Assembly: GCF_003367075.2 (NCBI RefSeq)
Contig: NZ_CP065936.1
Location: 1,860,001-1,892,000 of the forward strand
DNA from: Cylindrospermopsis raciborskii Cr2010
GTDB taxonomy: Bacteria; Cyanobacteriota; Cyanobacteriia; Cyanobacteriales; Nostocaceae
Length of the DNA: 32,000 bases
Reading direction: 5' to 3'
Positions 1-8,354 of this stretch are shown one piece after another; position 1 is the first letter of the stretch; each line of letters begins with the position of its first letter. The notes beneath the pieces were generated by a model, which worked only from the letters and a program-made list of their open reading frames with translations, ran no database searches and was not told the DNA's origin. The position numbers were made by a program, and so were the translations under genes.

Positions 1-233
1 TTTTTCAATTCTTCCCAAAACTTTTCCAACCCCTTTACCTGTGCTTTTGGGTTGCCAGGATCTTTAATCTCGACAAACACGATGCGCGTTTCAAACTCAA
101 CCACGAAATCAACACGGTACATTTCGGCTACACCATGATAGTCTGGGAGTGTTTTATCCTTCATTTGATCAAAAATTAGTGCCTCTATTGCATCAGTAAA
201 GTCAATTTCCAAATCTCCCTCTCTCACTTTCAT
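1..233 (-). CDS. 5' part (77 codons, open at the window edge) of a small protein with a PD-(D/E)xK-like motif; putative nuclease partner of the adjacent ATPase
   Basis: Absent from the ORF track because it runs off the window. The ATG at 233-231 overlaps the ATPase stop TGA (232-230) as ATGA. My translation: MKVREGDLEIDFTDAIEALIFDQMKDKTLPDYHGVAEMYRVDFVVEFETRIVFVEIKDPGNPKAQVKGLEKFWEELK. The pattern VDFVV, then 12 residues, then VFVEIK fits the D...ExK restriction-endonuclease-fold signature. The fold call rests on this motif only. Confidence 0.55.
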   Translation of the reverse strand, partial: MKVREGDLEIDFTDAIEALIFDQMKDKTLPDYHGVAEMYRVDFVVEFETRIVFVEIKDPGNPKAQVKGLEKFWEELK

Positions 234-1312
234 TTGCCTAAATCCCCCATTTTTAGGTTTGCCTGTTGTTTGATAAGGTCGCTAAAGGTGTCGGCAATGG
301 CATTTGGTGACATGCCTATGTAGTTATCTACACTATCTAGTTTGATGGTTCCAGATTCATCGTCACGGTAAAGAGTATGAAACAGAATATGATCCCCTTT
401 ACTCTTGTCCATAAGTAAGTCAAACCACTTAAGTAGGACGTAATCATGGGTTGCCAGAATAATTTGCTGTCCATTGCGTGATAGCTCTAGCAAAATGGTA
501 ACGAGACTTTTCATTAGTTTAGGATTCATGTTTGATTCGGGCTCATCCCACAACAGCAAACCACTAACACCGGGTTGAAGCGCTCCCGTTTCTAACAGAC
601 GGTAAAGCATTCCAACTTTGCAAATACCCTCAGCTATAGAGTTAGCGGAGTATTCAGAATCCTCGGTTCTGAAGGTGACTTTGCCTCCTCCATAAAAAAT
701 GAATCGACCACCGCAGATGGCTTTCAGCTCTTCCATGGCCCATTTGGATTTTTCGTGCAGGTTTTCTGGACGAATTTGGGGAAGGTCTAACAACAGGCAA
801 ATATCTTGATAGGTCTGGTCAAAGGAGACTTGGTACATCTGGTACAAACTGTTAAATCCTTCCATAAAGGAGAGGACTTCTTTGGTGGGAAAGAAAACTG
901 GTTTGGATTGGTATTGTTCCCAGCTATTTCTATCCTTGATCTTGATTTCCAAGGATTTAGATCTGGTGCTAAAGCTAACAGCTATCTGTTGATCATGGGC
1001 AAAGTGGGCTTCTAATGTGGCTTTTGCACCTCCACCGTGGTGACGCATTTTGTTTAACTTAGCATCTAAAGGCAAAAATAGGCGTAAAAGCTCAGGGGTA
1101 AGGGCGGAAGCAAGTTCCTTAACAAGTTCTTTGTCACTAATATGGGAATTGTTTTTGAATAGGGGAGCCACACCACTGAGGAAATAAGCAGCTTTGAGCA
1201 GATGGGTTTTTCCTGTGCCATTTTTCCCGATGATCACGTTGATCTTAGGAGAAAAATCAATTTTCACTTCGGTGAAGGCCATGAAGTTTTTCAGTTCTAA
1301 ATGTGTTATCAT
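230..1312 (-). CDS. ABC/SMC-like (AAA_21/AAA_15-type) ATPase, 360 aa
   Basis: ATG start at 1312. Walker A GKNGTGKT is encoded at 1205-1228. A signature-like SIAEGICKVGMLYRLL, Walker B plus D-loop LLLWDEPESNMNP and an H-loop ATHD are present. The stop overlaps the start of the downstream ORF. Confidence 0.88.
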   Translation of the reverse strand: MITHLELKNFMAFTEVKIDFSPKINVIIGKNGTGKTHLLKAAYFLSGVAPLFKNNSHISDKELVKELASALTPELLRLFLPLDAKLNKMRHHGGGAKATLEAHFAHDQQIAVSFSTRSKSLEIKIKDRNSWEQYQSKPVFFPTKEVLSFMEGFNSLYQMYQVSFDQTYQDICLLLDLPQIRPENLHEKSKWAMEELKAICGGRFIFYGGGKVTFRTEDSEYSANSIAEGICKVGMLYRLLETGALQPGVSGLLLWDEPESNMNPKLMKSLVTILLELSRNGQQIILATHDYVLLKWFDLLMDKSKGDHILFHTLYRDDESGTIKLDSVDNYIGMSPNAIADTFSDLIKQQANLKMGDLGK

Positions 1313-1398
1313 ATTTATGTTATTTTGTACCCATATCTCTTAGTTTTTTCTCGACTCAGTGCTTTGATTTAGGCATGTGATGTACCACTTGGAATACA

Positions 1399-1502
1399 CT
1401 TATGTATTTGTCTACACTATCTAGTTCGATGGTTCCAGATTCAGCCTTATTGTGTAGGCTATGAAACTGTGTATAGTCCCTTTTACTGTTGTCTATAAGT
1501 AA
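1399..1502 (-). pseudogene. 3'-terminal remnant of a paralog of the 230-1312 ATPase gene
   Basis: Direct-orientation nucleotide similarity to 316-418, roughly three quarters identical by eye. A 33-nt core, tctacactatctagtt[t/c]gatggttccagattca, differs at one base. The remnant translates to LLIDNSKRDYTQFHSLHNKAESGTIELDSVDKYI versus LLMDKSKGDHILFHTLYRDDESGTIKLDSVDNYI in the intact gene. A TAA stop lies immediately upstream in frame and there is no N-terminal part. Confidence 0.65.
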
Positions 1503-1570
1503 TTAAATGGAGAATTGGTACTTCTTGTCAATACCTCAGCCCAAAAAAGATTATGAAATGCTAGGACTGA

Positions 1571-1697
1571 CCATTTAAAAAAAAAGATTTATTGGAAAGA
1601 CTAGTATTATGGACCGGGGCTTATTTTGTAGCTAGTTGTGGAGGTGTCAGACCAACTTAAAAAATATGTAGAGAATCAAGATTCCCTTGAACATTAG
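1571..1697 (+). mobile_element. tnpA: Frameshifted C-terminal remnant of an IS200/IS605-family tnpA (Y1 transposase)
   Basis: Frame 1 (1571-1660) reads PFKKKDLLERLVLWTGAYFVASCGGVRPT*. The +1 frame (1650-1697) reads DQLKKYVENQDSLEH*. Together these resemble the conserved TnpA C-terminus (LW.P.YF..SCGGAP...L.QYIENQ). No N-terminal HUH/Y1 portion is present. Confidence 0.55.
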
Positions 1698-1746
1698 TTG
1701 TGCTTGTCTTATAGCGTTATAATGGATCGCTCTAGCATTCGGCGCA

Positions 1747-2142
1747 TTACGGGATGAAAATGCGTCTTGCGCCTTGATACTCTTCAATATCAACTACAAT
1801 ATCAACCAAACGATTAACGCAGCGATTGCGATAATCTGGCTCGGAAAGTAGTCGATCAATATTACCGATTGTAACGACGGGTAATGATGTGGGGGTATTT
1901 TCCTCCCGCATCACTTGCTCCAGGGAATCTTTGCCTTTCATGCTTCGGTTACCGGTGATCAGGATCATCTGATTGGCTTGAGCATACCGCCAAACAACGC
2001 GATCATCGCTCGTGACAGCTAAACCGACTTCTTCAAAGAGAATAAAACGAATCGATATCAAGTCAAGCCAACCACTCGCAGTAAAGCTCCCAGCGAGGAC
2101 AACAGAATGCCCTCGTAGGTTATGATCAACTAAAAAATTCAT
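1747..2142 (-). CDS. DUF5615-like (PIN/Mut7-C-like) protein, toxin-type partner of the DUF433 gene
   Basis: 131 aa with ATG at 2142. The N-terminus MNFLVDHNL and the stretch SDDRVVWRYAQANQMILITGN match the DUF5615 pattern as I recall it. The start overlaps the upstream stop as ATGA (2139-2142). Confidence 0.75.
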   Translation of the reverse strand: MNFLVDHNLRGHSVVLAGSFTASGWLDLISIRFILFEEVGLAVTSDDRVVWRYAQANQMILITGNRSMKGKDSLEQVMREENTPTSLPVVTIGNIDRLLSEPDYRNRCVNRLVDIVVDIEEYQGARRIFIP

Positions 2143-2513
2143 ACTCGTGATGCAAACTTGGCTTTTTCTGCTTGGAGTTTTGCCCGAATGGCTTCTGTAC
2201 CTGGTTTTGGGGGCTTAGCCGCAATACGGGCAACTCGCTCACGATTTTGTTCTTCGTAATACTGTCTCAGTTCTTCGCCTTCCTTCAGGACAAGCTGATA
2301 CTCTGCATCAACTTCTTCACGGTATGTTTCAATATAAGATAGTGCAGCATTTACCTGTCCATGGGTAAGATCGAGCATAGCACGGATAAACTTTGGTGGA
2401 TAGTTTTCCGTTACGTAATCCATCACATCGTACAGGGTAATGCGAGTACCTGCGATCGTTAATCCTCGCTCTGTACGAATGATATCAGTTTTTCTATTAG
2501 ATGCTGGGGTCAT
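2139..2513 (-). CDS. DUF433-domain protein (antitoxin-like, HTH) with a C-terminal charged helical extension
   Basis: The ORF track starts at TTG 2519; the first ATG is at 2513 (MTPASNRK...). The core GLTIAGTRITLYDVMDYV...LTHGQVNAALSYI matches the DUF433 pattern (G.R. ... aal.y). It begins about 43 nt downstream of the brxC stop. Confidence 0.78.
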   Translation of the reverse strand: MTPASNRKTDIIRTERGLTIAGTRITLYDVMDYVTENYPPKFIRAMLDLTHGQVNAALSYIETYREEVDAEYQLVLKEGEELRQYYEEQNRERVARIAAKPPKPGTEAIRAKLQAEKAKFASRV

Positions 2514-2556
2514 GGTCAAAGCCTCTTAATATGTGTGTTTACTAACTTGTATTTTA

Positions 2557-5500
2557 TCATAGTTGTACTCTTCTCCCACTGCGAACTTCTGCCAATAATG
2601 CCTCCCGCATAACAGCTACATACTGCTCTACATCCGTTTCATCTGCCAGCCACTCTTTGTCGAAACTAAACTGGATGGAACGATGACTTACATACAGACT
2701 TTGTGTCTCTTGCCAATTCCCCACTAATCTTTTTTCTTGATTAGTATGGTATTGATTTGCCTTCTCTGCTACCACACCAGGCTGGGTACAAAAAACTATT
2801 TGCCGTAGCCTTTCGTATTCCTCTTGCTCAAAGTAGCTCTTTCTGTCACGGATTACAGCGATGAGCTTCTGGTTCTTGATAACCTTTATATATTCATCAA
2901 ATGAGCTAGCAATCTCAGTTTGCTGACCAGAGCTAAGGACATGAAACTCAGCCGTAGCAACTAGTTTGCTTCGTAGTGATTCTATTATAGCTACAGCATC
3001 CTCAATTTCTCTATTTAACCGAGTAGTAATCTCTTCCCTCAGTTTAGTCACCAATTCCTTTAACTGCTGCATGCGATCGCCTCGGAAACAGTGAGGGTCA
3101 GCGAGTATTTCCCGCACCTTTTTCTCTTGAAGAGCATTCACTATCAAAAAGTTCGCTTCCTGCTCTTCAATAAACGCCTGGGCACAATCGAATATGTTTC
3201 GCTGTAAACCATTCAGAAATGTGCGAATCGGTTCAATAGTTTGTTCTTTCAGGTCAAGCAGCTCATCTTTTTGTTTGAGAAGGTCTGTAACATACCAGGC
3301 ATAAGGTTTGCCCTTGATGTTTCTTAGTCTGGCGATCGCACTACTAAGTTTTTCTTTAAAGGGATAGTGTGAAGTAGAAAGGGCTTCAAGCCTATCAATT
3401 AAGTCGGAAATGGCGGTTGCGGTTTTTTGTCCCAGTAGTTTGGCATCTCCGCTGGGAGCTGGTTCGTTAAAAAAGTCAGTATATAGTTTCTTTAATGCCC
3501 GTACCTGGGAAGCAGTGAAATCTATTTGCGGTTCAAGAATGATGTTCATGTGGTCACGGGTGTTGGTTAGTGCTTTGAGTAGCTCATTACCATCCAATAG
3601 ATTGCTGTCCCAGCGTACTTCCAGCTTACCTCGGGCACAAAGACTCGCTACATTGTGCAATAGGGCTGCATGATGCCAGCCATAAGGTTTACGTTCAAAT
3701 TTGTCTATTAGCGTTTTTAGGGTTGTCCTTACTCCAAGATCTTTATTGCGCTGAATGGAAGCAAGCACCTCCTGCTCTGGTTCGGTGTCTTCACGAAGCT
3801 GTTCAGGTTTGTTTAGTGCCTCGGACAGATCTTTTTCCGTATAAACCATACCGCGCAGCATTTGTAAATTGGGATAGGTTTTGAGGATCAGATCCTCAAA
3901 TCCCTTGAGGATGCGATTCTGGGGGTCATCTCCCCCTACTTCAATATAGCTGCCATTAAGGATGAGTTTTGATTTACTCAATAATGTGTGTACCCGTTGC
4001 TGGAGATCTGTGTAGCGTTGCCTATTCTGGGAATTCTTATCGGTGAGTATGCTTTTAACTGAATCCTTTTGGGTAATGGACACATTCTGGCTAATATATT
4101 TATCTGTCTGTTTGTACATGATAAGGTCGCGCATGAGTCTTTCCTCTGGTGGTATAATCACTACCAGTTCATCACGTCCCATGGACTGGGCGCGCAGGTT
4201 ATCTTCATTCTCAGCATTTTCATTGAACGGGGAGATGATGTGTATTGTCAATTCACATTCCCGACTATAGAGACGATCATCTATCTTTTTACAAAAGGGA
4301 TAATCCTGTGAGTTGGAGCGAATCTTTTTCAGCTTGAGGGTGTGATCGAAGACTAGCTTTTCTAACTCTTCAGCAACAGCTCTTTTGTCTACCTCCGTAT
4401 TCTTAATCTCCTGTTCCACGTCTTTTTCTTCATCCGTTAGATACTCGTAGAGTTCCCCGTGGCGCTGGATGTAGGTTTCTTGCTCTAATAGGTTTAGTCC
4501 TTCCTCTACTCTCTTACGCAAGTCCGTGATATGGCAATTGAACCGATCAAACATCAACACACAGAGGTTGCGCTGTGTTGCCTTAAATTCTCTTACATAT
4601 TTGACCAGGAACAGGGCTTTTAACAGCTGGATAGCAAAAGTGTTACGCAGGTGTCGCTCCGCCTGTAAAATGGCTTGCTGGATGCTGGATTTTAGTGCTG
4701 AACGGATACCTTCAAACATGAGGTCGAAGGTGGCAAGTTGACCTTCCTCATATTCACTAATCTGTATAGCAACTTGCTGAAAAACACCTAACATGGAACG
4801 CTCTCCAACAGAGCTGTGCTTGCCTTCAAACGCATTGTGAGCTGATAGATTTTGAATGGCAGCTTGGAAAAGGGGAAACTGGTAAGGTATAAAAGGATAG
4901 CTCTGGATAAAGTGATCCCGATCCTGAAAATTACGGTAGGTCTGGGATCCATCAACGAAATCAAAAAGGGTCTTAAAGTTATTCGCTTGGTCATCATATA
5001 ATTTTGAGAGCACATTCTTGCCAATTTCATTTTTCATGAGCAGTCGCTTTTGAATGACTTCAGCAACATCTTGGCTGGTAAGTTTCATCCGGTTGGCAAA
5101 CCGAGCTTGAATCTTGGAAAAATCGTTGGTTTGTTGGCGACTATCTTCTCCTAGTACTGAGTCCATATCTTCTTGGGCGGTAACCATAATCCAAGCGCGT
5201 CCCCTACACTTGGTAGCCAGGCTTTCTGCAACGGTTTGCAGGTTGGTCATTAATTTTACATTGTCGGCGATGTATTGCCCTACCTCATCTACGAAGAAGT
5301 TTAAGCGGAAGTTTTTCCCTTGTTGCTCCACATAGTCAAAAACCGCTTTAGCAAAGTCCTCAATAGAAACCTTGTATTGACTGCGATACTTGTCGAGAAT
5401 TCCTTGACCTGCGATCGCATCGCCACCTACGGTTTGGCCATAGGCGATGGCAATGTTTTTGGACTCTAACAGGGCCTGCTCCCGACCTTCTTCCCAGGGT

Positions 5501-6057
5501 CGATGGGCCACTTCTTTGTATGCTGATTTAAAGCTTTCATATTGACCACGGCTATCTAAGTCCCGCTCAAATTGGGCAATGTAGCCATGTTTACCATAAT
5601 AGCCGCACATCTCGTCAAATACTTTGACAAAGACAGCTAGGAGGGCATCTATTTCAGTCTTGCTAATTACATCAGCCTTTTGGTCAATGTTAAAGAGAAT
5701 ACTTTTTGATGGGATGGAGACAGCCTTTTTGAGGTCACCCCGGAGCATTTCATTTTCACCGCACTTGGGTAGGAAGGAATGTAGTACCGGTATCCCATCC
5801 ACAGATCTATTTTCCAGTAGCAGTGCTAACATCTTGAGCAGGTGAGATTTACCAGAACCAAAGAAACCTGACACCCACACCCCATTGGCACCCTGGTAAT
5901 TGTTGTAAGCATGAAGAAATTCCTCCAGTCGCTTCTCTATCTCGTTAGTGAGTACATATTCTTCAATTTCAATCCGTAGGCTTGCTTCGTCATCTGCTTT
6001 GATGACTCCTTCAATGGGGCGGTCAATTGGCTTCTGAAAAATAGTCTTTAAGGTCAT
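2557..6057 (-). CDS. brxC: BREX system P-loop ATPase BrxC/PglY, 1166 aa
   Basis: The N-terminus IFQKPIDRPIEGVIKADD, then NGVWVSGFFGSGKSHLLKMLALLLEN (Walker A), a Walker B-like FFVDEVGQY, the ~1200 aa size and the position directly after brxB are all typical of BrxC. Confidence 0.9.
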   Translation of the reverse strand: MTLKTIFQKPIDRPIEGVIKADDEASLRIEIEEYVLTNEIEKRLEEFLHAYNNYQGANGVWVSGFFGSGKSHLLKMLALLLENRSVDGIPVLHSFLPKCGENEMLRGDLKKAVSIPSKSILFNIDQKADVISKTEIDALLAVFVKVFDEMCGYYGKHGYIAQFERDLDSRGQYESFKSAYKEVAHRPWEEGREQALLESKNIAIAYGQTVGGDAIAGQGILDKYRSQYKVSIEDFAKAVFDYVEQQGKNFRLNFFVDEVGQYIADNVKLMTNLQTVAESLATKCRGRAWIMVTAQEDMDSVLGEDSRQQTNDFSKIQARFANRMKLTSQDVAEVIQKRLLMKNEIGKNVLSKLYDDQANNFKTLFDFVDGSQTYRNFQDRDHFIQSYPFIPYQFPLFQAAIQNLSAHNAFEGKHSSVGERSMLGVFQQVAIQISEYEEGQLATFDLMFEGIRSALKSSIQQAILQAERHLRNTFAIQLLKALFLVKYVREFKATQRNLCVLMFDRFNCHITDLRKRVEEGLNLLEQETYIQRHGELYEYLTDEEKDVEQEIKNTEVDKRAVAEELEKLVFDHTLKLKKIRSNSQDYPFCKKIDDRLYSRECELTIHIISPFNENAENEDNLRAQSMGRDELVVIIPPEERLMRDLIMYKQTDKYISQNVSITQKDSVKSILTDKNSQNRQRYTDLQQRVHTLLSKSKLILNGSYIEVGGDDPQNRILKGFEDLILKTYPNLQMLRGMVYTEKDLSEALNKPEQLREDTEPEQEVLASIQRNKDLGVRTTLKTLIDKFERKPYGWHHAALLHNVASLCARGKLEVRWDSNLLDGNELLKALTNTRDHMNIILEPQIDFTASQVRALKKLYTDFFNEPAPSGDAKLLGQKTATAISDLIDRLEALSTSHYPFKEKLSSAIARLRNIKGKPYAWYVTDLLKQKDELLDLKEQTIEPIRTFLNGLQRNIFDCAQAFIEEQEANFLIVNALQEKKVREILADPHCFRGDRMQQLKELVTKLREEITTRLNREIEDAVAIIESLRSKLVATAEFHVLSSGQQTEIASSFDEYIKVIKNQKLIAVIRDRKSYFEQEEYERLRQIVFCTQPGVVAEKANQYHTNQEKRLVGNWQETQSLYVSHRSIQFSFDKEWLADETDVEQYVAVMREALLAEVRSGRRVQL

Positions 6058-6066
6058 GGTGTGGTC

Positions 6067-6678
6067 CTATGGTTCGTAATGGAAGATATTAAATGCTCGG
6101 TAGTATTTGTCATCCCGCAATCGCCCAAAGAGATCCAGGGATGCACCGGTTTCGAGGGAATGGGTGTAGGCCCCTGGGAAGAACATTACCGTGGGGCGGT
6201 CCTTGGCAGTGCTTTGGAGGTTGTTGAGAACGTTATGGGAGCGAATGTAAGGAAATACCTCACCCACCCCGGAAATAAACATAACGGCGAATTCCCTCTG
6301 GTCCATTTTTTCCGCAATAGCTGGTACAAGATGCTTTTCGGGATCAAGAACCCCTTGCAGTAGCTCCTTGAGTTGCTCTTTGGAAACTGAAGGCTCAATA
6401 TCCAGAATTTGCTCCCACACTCCTCGCTTTTGTAAAAGCTCAATGGAAAGATTATACAAGTTAATTTCCAGCACGCCAAGCCCAGCTTGATTGAGGCTCT
6501 TGGTAAGTTGTTGCTGAATGTATTCCATTTCTACTGACTCTTCTGGTCTATAGGGACAGATAAAAAATGGCACTTCGTTTCCTAAACCCTGCTTTTTCAG
6601 AAAGCGATCGCCAGAAATAACTTTTAGCAGGTGCTGAAATCTCTCTTGTATTGGTTGTGTTTCTATATCTAGTGCCAT
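6067..6678 (-). CDS. brxB: BREX protein BrxB (DUF1788), 203 aa
   Basis: Motifs match the DUF1788/BrxB pattern as I recall it: FLKKQGLGNEVPFFICPYRPEESVEMEYI, ISGVGEVFPYIRSHNVLNNLQ and RPTVMFFPGAY. The gene ends 9 nt before the brxC start. Confidence 0.85.
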   Translation of the reverse strand: MALDIETQPIQERFQHLLKVISGDRFLKKQGLGNEVPFFICPYRPEESVEMEYIQQQLTKSLNQAGLGVLEINLYNLSIELLQKRGVWEQILDIEPSVSKEQLKELLQGVLDPEKHLVPAIAEKMDQREFAVMFISGVGEVFPYIRSHNVLNNLQSTAKDRPTVMFFPGAYTHSLETGASLDLFGRLRDDKYYRAFNIFHYEP

Positions 6679-7006
6679 AAACTTTATTCTCTTCTATATC
6701 TTTATTTCCAAACAAGGATGTGTTTAGGATTTTTTAAAAACTATTTCAACTGTGAGATCCTGCTTTTTGGGGAAGAAATTGCTAATTTTTTCCCCCGGTT
6801 TGATAAGCTGTTTGTAGGTGCAACACAAAAGTATGGACAATATTTGGACTAGCTCTAGATGGAGTCAGTAAGGCGACTTTGACTGCGCCAATTAGAGTAC
6901 GCTTGTGGAACTTTCGGCATAACGAACCTCCGCACAAAAACGGTTCTAATGAATCCCCGTCTCTTTAGGGCGGGGAGAAGTCAACACATATCATGAATTA
7001 AGGAAC

Positions 7007-8335
7007 ATGGGTCCTGCAAACTTTTCCCACGATACACAAGCTGAACAGCTGCTGGAACTAGCCTTAAAATCCGGGGCCGAGGCCGCAGAAGTATATCAGT
7101 CCCGTTCACTTTCTCGTCCCGTGTTTTTTGAGGCTAATCGTCTTAAACAATTAGAAACTAGTCAATCCGAAGGTGCTGCACTCCGACTGTGGAAAAATGG
7201 GCGTCCAGGACTTACTGTGGCCTACGGTCCTTTAGACCCCCCAGGGATGGTAGAACGGGCCCTGGCCCTGAGTCAACTAAATGAACCAGAATCAGTAGAA
7301 CTGGGAACCCATTCTCCCCAATCTTACCTTGATATAGGTATTTCCGTATCCGTAGAACAACTGATAAATTGGGGCAAAACTGCGATCGCTCAGGTACGTG
7401 ATATCTATCCCGATGTTGTCTGTAATGGTGACTGGGAATGCGATGTGGAAAGTATTAGGTTAATTAATAGTCAGGGTCTAAACTGTGATTACAGTGACAC
7501 TACTCTCAGTTGCTATATGTCCGCCGAATGGGTTAGAGGTGATGATTTTTTAAGCGTTGCTGATGGACAAACTCAACGCGGTCAACTTGACCCCCTAAAA
7601 GTGGCACATCAAATCCTTCAGCGATTAACCTGGGCTGAACAAAATGTTCCTACCCCCACCCGGCGATCGCCTATTTTGTTTACCTCTAAAGCTGCTGATA
7701 TGCTTTGGGGAACTGTGCAGGCTGCCCTAAATGCTAAACAAGTGTGGGAAGGAGCTTCTCCCTGGTCTGATAGATTGGGCCAGTCAATTATGACACCTAA
7801 TCTTACTATATATCAGGATCCTCAAGCAGGTCCCTATAGCTGTCCTTTTGATGATGAAGGCACCCCTACCCGATCTTTGATATTTGTTGATCAGGGGGTT
7901 TTACGCAACTTCTACAGCGATCGCACTACTGGTGGTCTCCTAGGTATGGGAACTACGGGTAATGGCTTTCGTCCAGGTCTAGGTAGCTACCCCGCTCCTG
8001 GTATGTTTAATTTTCTCATCCAACCCGGTGGAGAATCCCTGCTGGAGTTAATTAAATCTATGGATACGGGTTTAATTGTGGATCAAATGCTGGGTGGGAG
8101 CGGGGGAATTTCTGGAGATTTTGCTATTAATGTTGATTTGGGATATGTAGTGGAAAAAGGAGAAGTTATAGGTCGAGTTAAGGATACTATGGTTGCTGGT
8201 AATGTTTATACCGCACTCAAGCAGGTAGTTAAGATCGGTAGTGATGCTGATTGGAATGGTTCTTGTTATACTCCTTCTCTTGTAGTAGAAGGCCTTTCCA
8301 TTATCGGTAAAAATGGAATAAATACAACCTATTAA
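7007..8335 (+). CDS. pmbA: TldD/PmbA-family metalloprotease-like protein (PmbA/TldE type; no HExxxH seen)
   Basis: 442 aa. The N-terminal region (LLELALKSGAEAAEVY, then RLWKNGRPGLTVAYGP) and the C-terminal GDFAINVDLGYVVEKGE are typical of the family. Confidence 0.8.
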   Translation: MGPANFSHDTQAEQLLELALKSGAEAAEVYQSRSLSRPVFFEANRLKQLETSQSEGAALRLWKNGRPGLTVAYGPLDPPGMVERALALSQLNEPESVELGTHSPQSYLDIGISVSVEQLINWGKTAIAQVRDIYPDVVCNGDWECDVESIRLINSQGLNCDYSDTTLSCYMSAEWVRGDDFLSVADGQTQRGQLDPLKVAHQILQRLTWAEQNVPTPTRRSPILFTSKAADMLWGTVQAALNAKQVWEGASPWSDRLGQSIMTPNLTIYQDPQAGPYSCPFDDEGTPTRSLIFVDQGVLRNFYSDRTTGGLLGMGTTGNGFRPGLGSYPAPGMFNFLIQPGGESLLELIKSMDTGLIVDQMLGGSGGISGDFAINVDLGYVVEKGEVIGRVKDTMVAGNVYTALKQVVKIGSDADWNGSCYTPSLVVEGLSIIGKNGINTTY

Positions 8336-8354
8336 AAAGTCTATATGTTGCTAT

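Noticed and set aside
806-1015. 69-aa + strand ORF inside the 230-1312 ATPase gene
   Set aside because: It is antisense to a well-supported CDS and has no recognisable motifs.
3410-5845. Seven 71-87 aa ORFs (3410-3673, 4043-4270, 4069-4311, 4526-4741, 4788-5030, 5114-5335, 5624-5845) inside brxC
   Set aside because: All lie antisense or out of frame within a 1166-aa gene with strong family motifs. Their products are low-complexity, Ser/Arg/Leu-rich, and typical of shadow ORFs.
6061-6479. ORFs 6061-6363 (+) and 6186-6479 (-) overlapping brxB
   Set aside because: They overlap the BrxB reading frame, which has clear DUF1788-like motifs, so they are shadow ORFs.
6940-6976. ggttctaatgaatcc followed by the hairpin CCCCG...CGGGG, considered as a tRNA 3'-end fragment or att site marking the BREX island boundary
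   Set aside because: It resembles a T-arm (GGTTCGAATCC) only loosely and needs an insertion. No acceptor stem or CCA context is present and no matching direct repeat is visible in the window.
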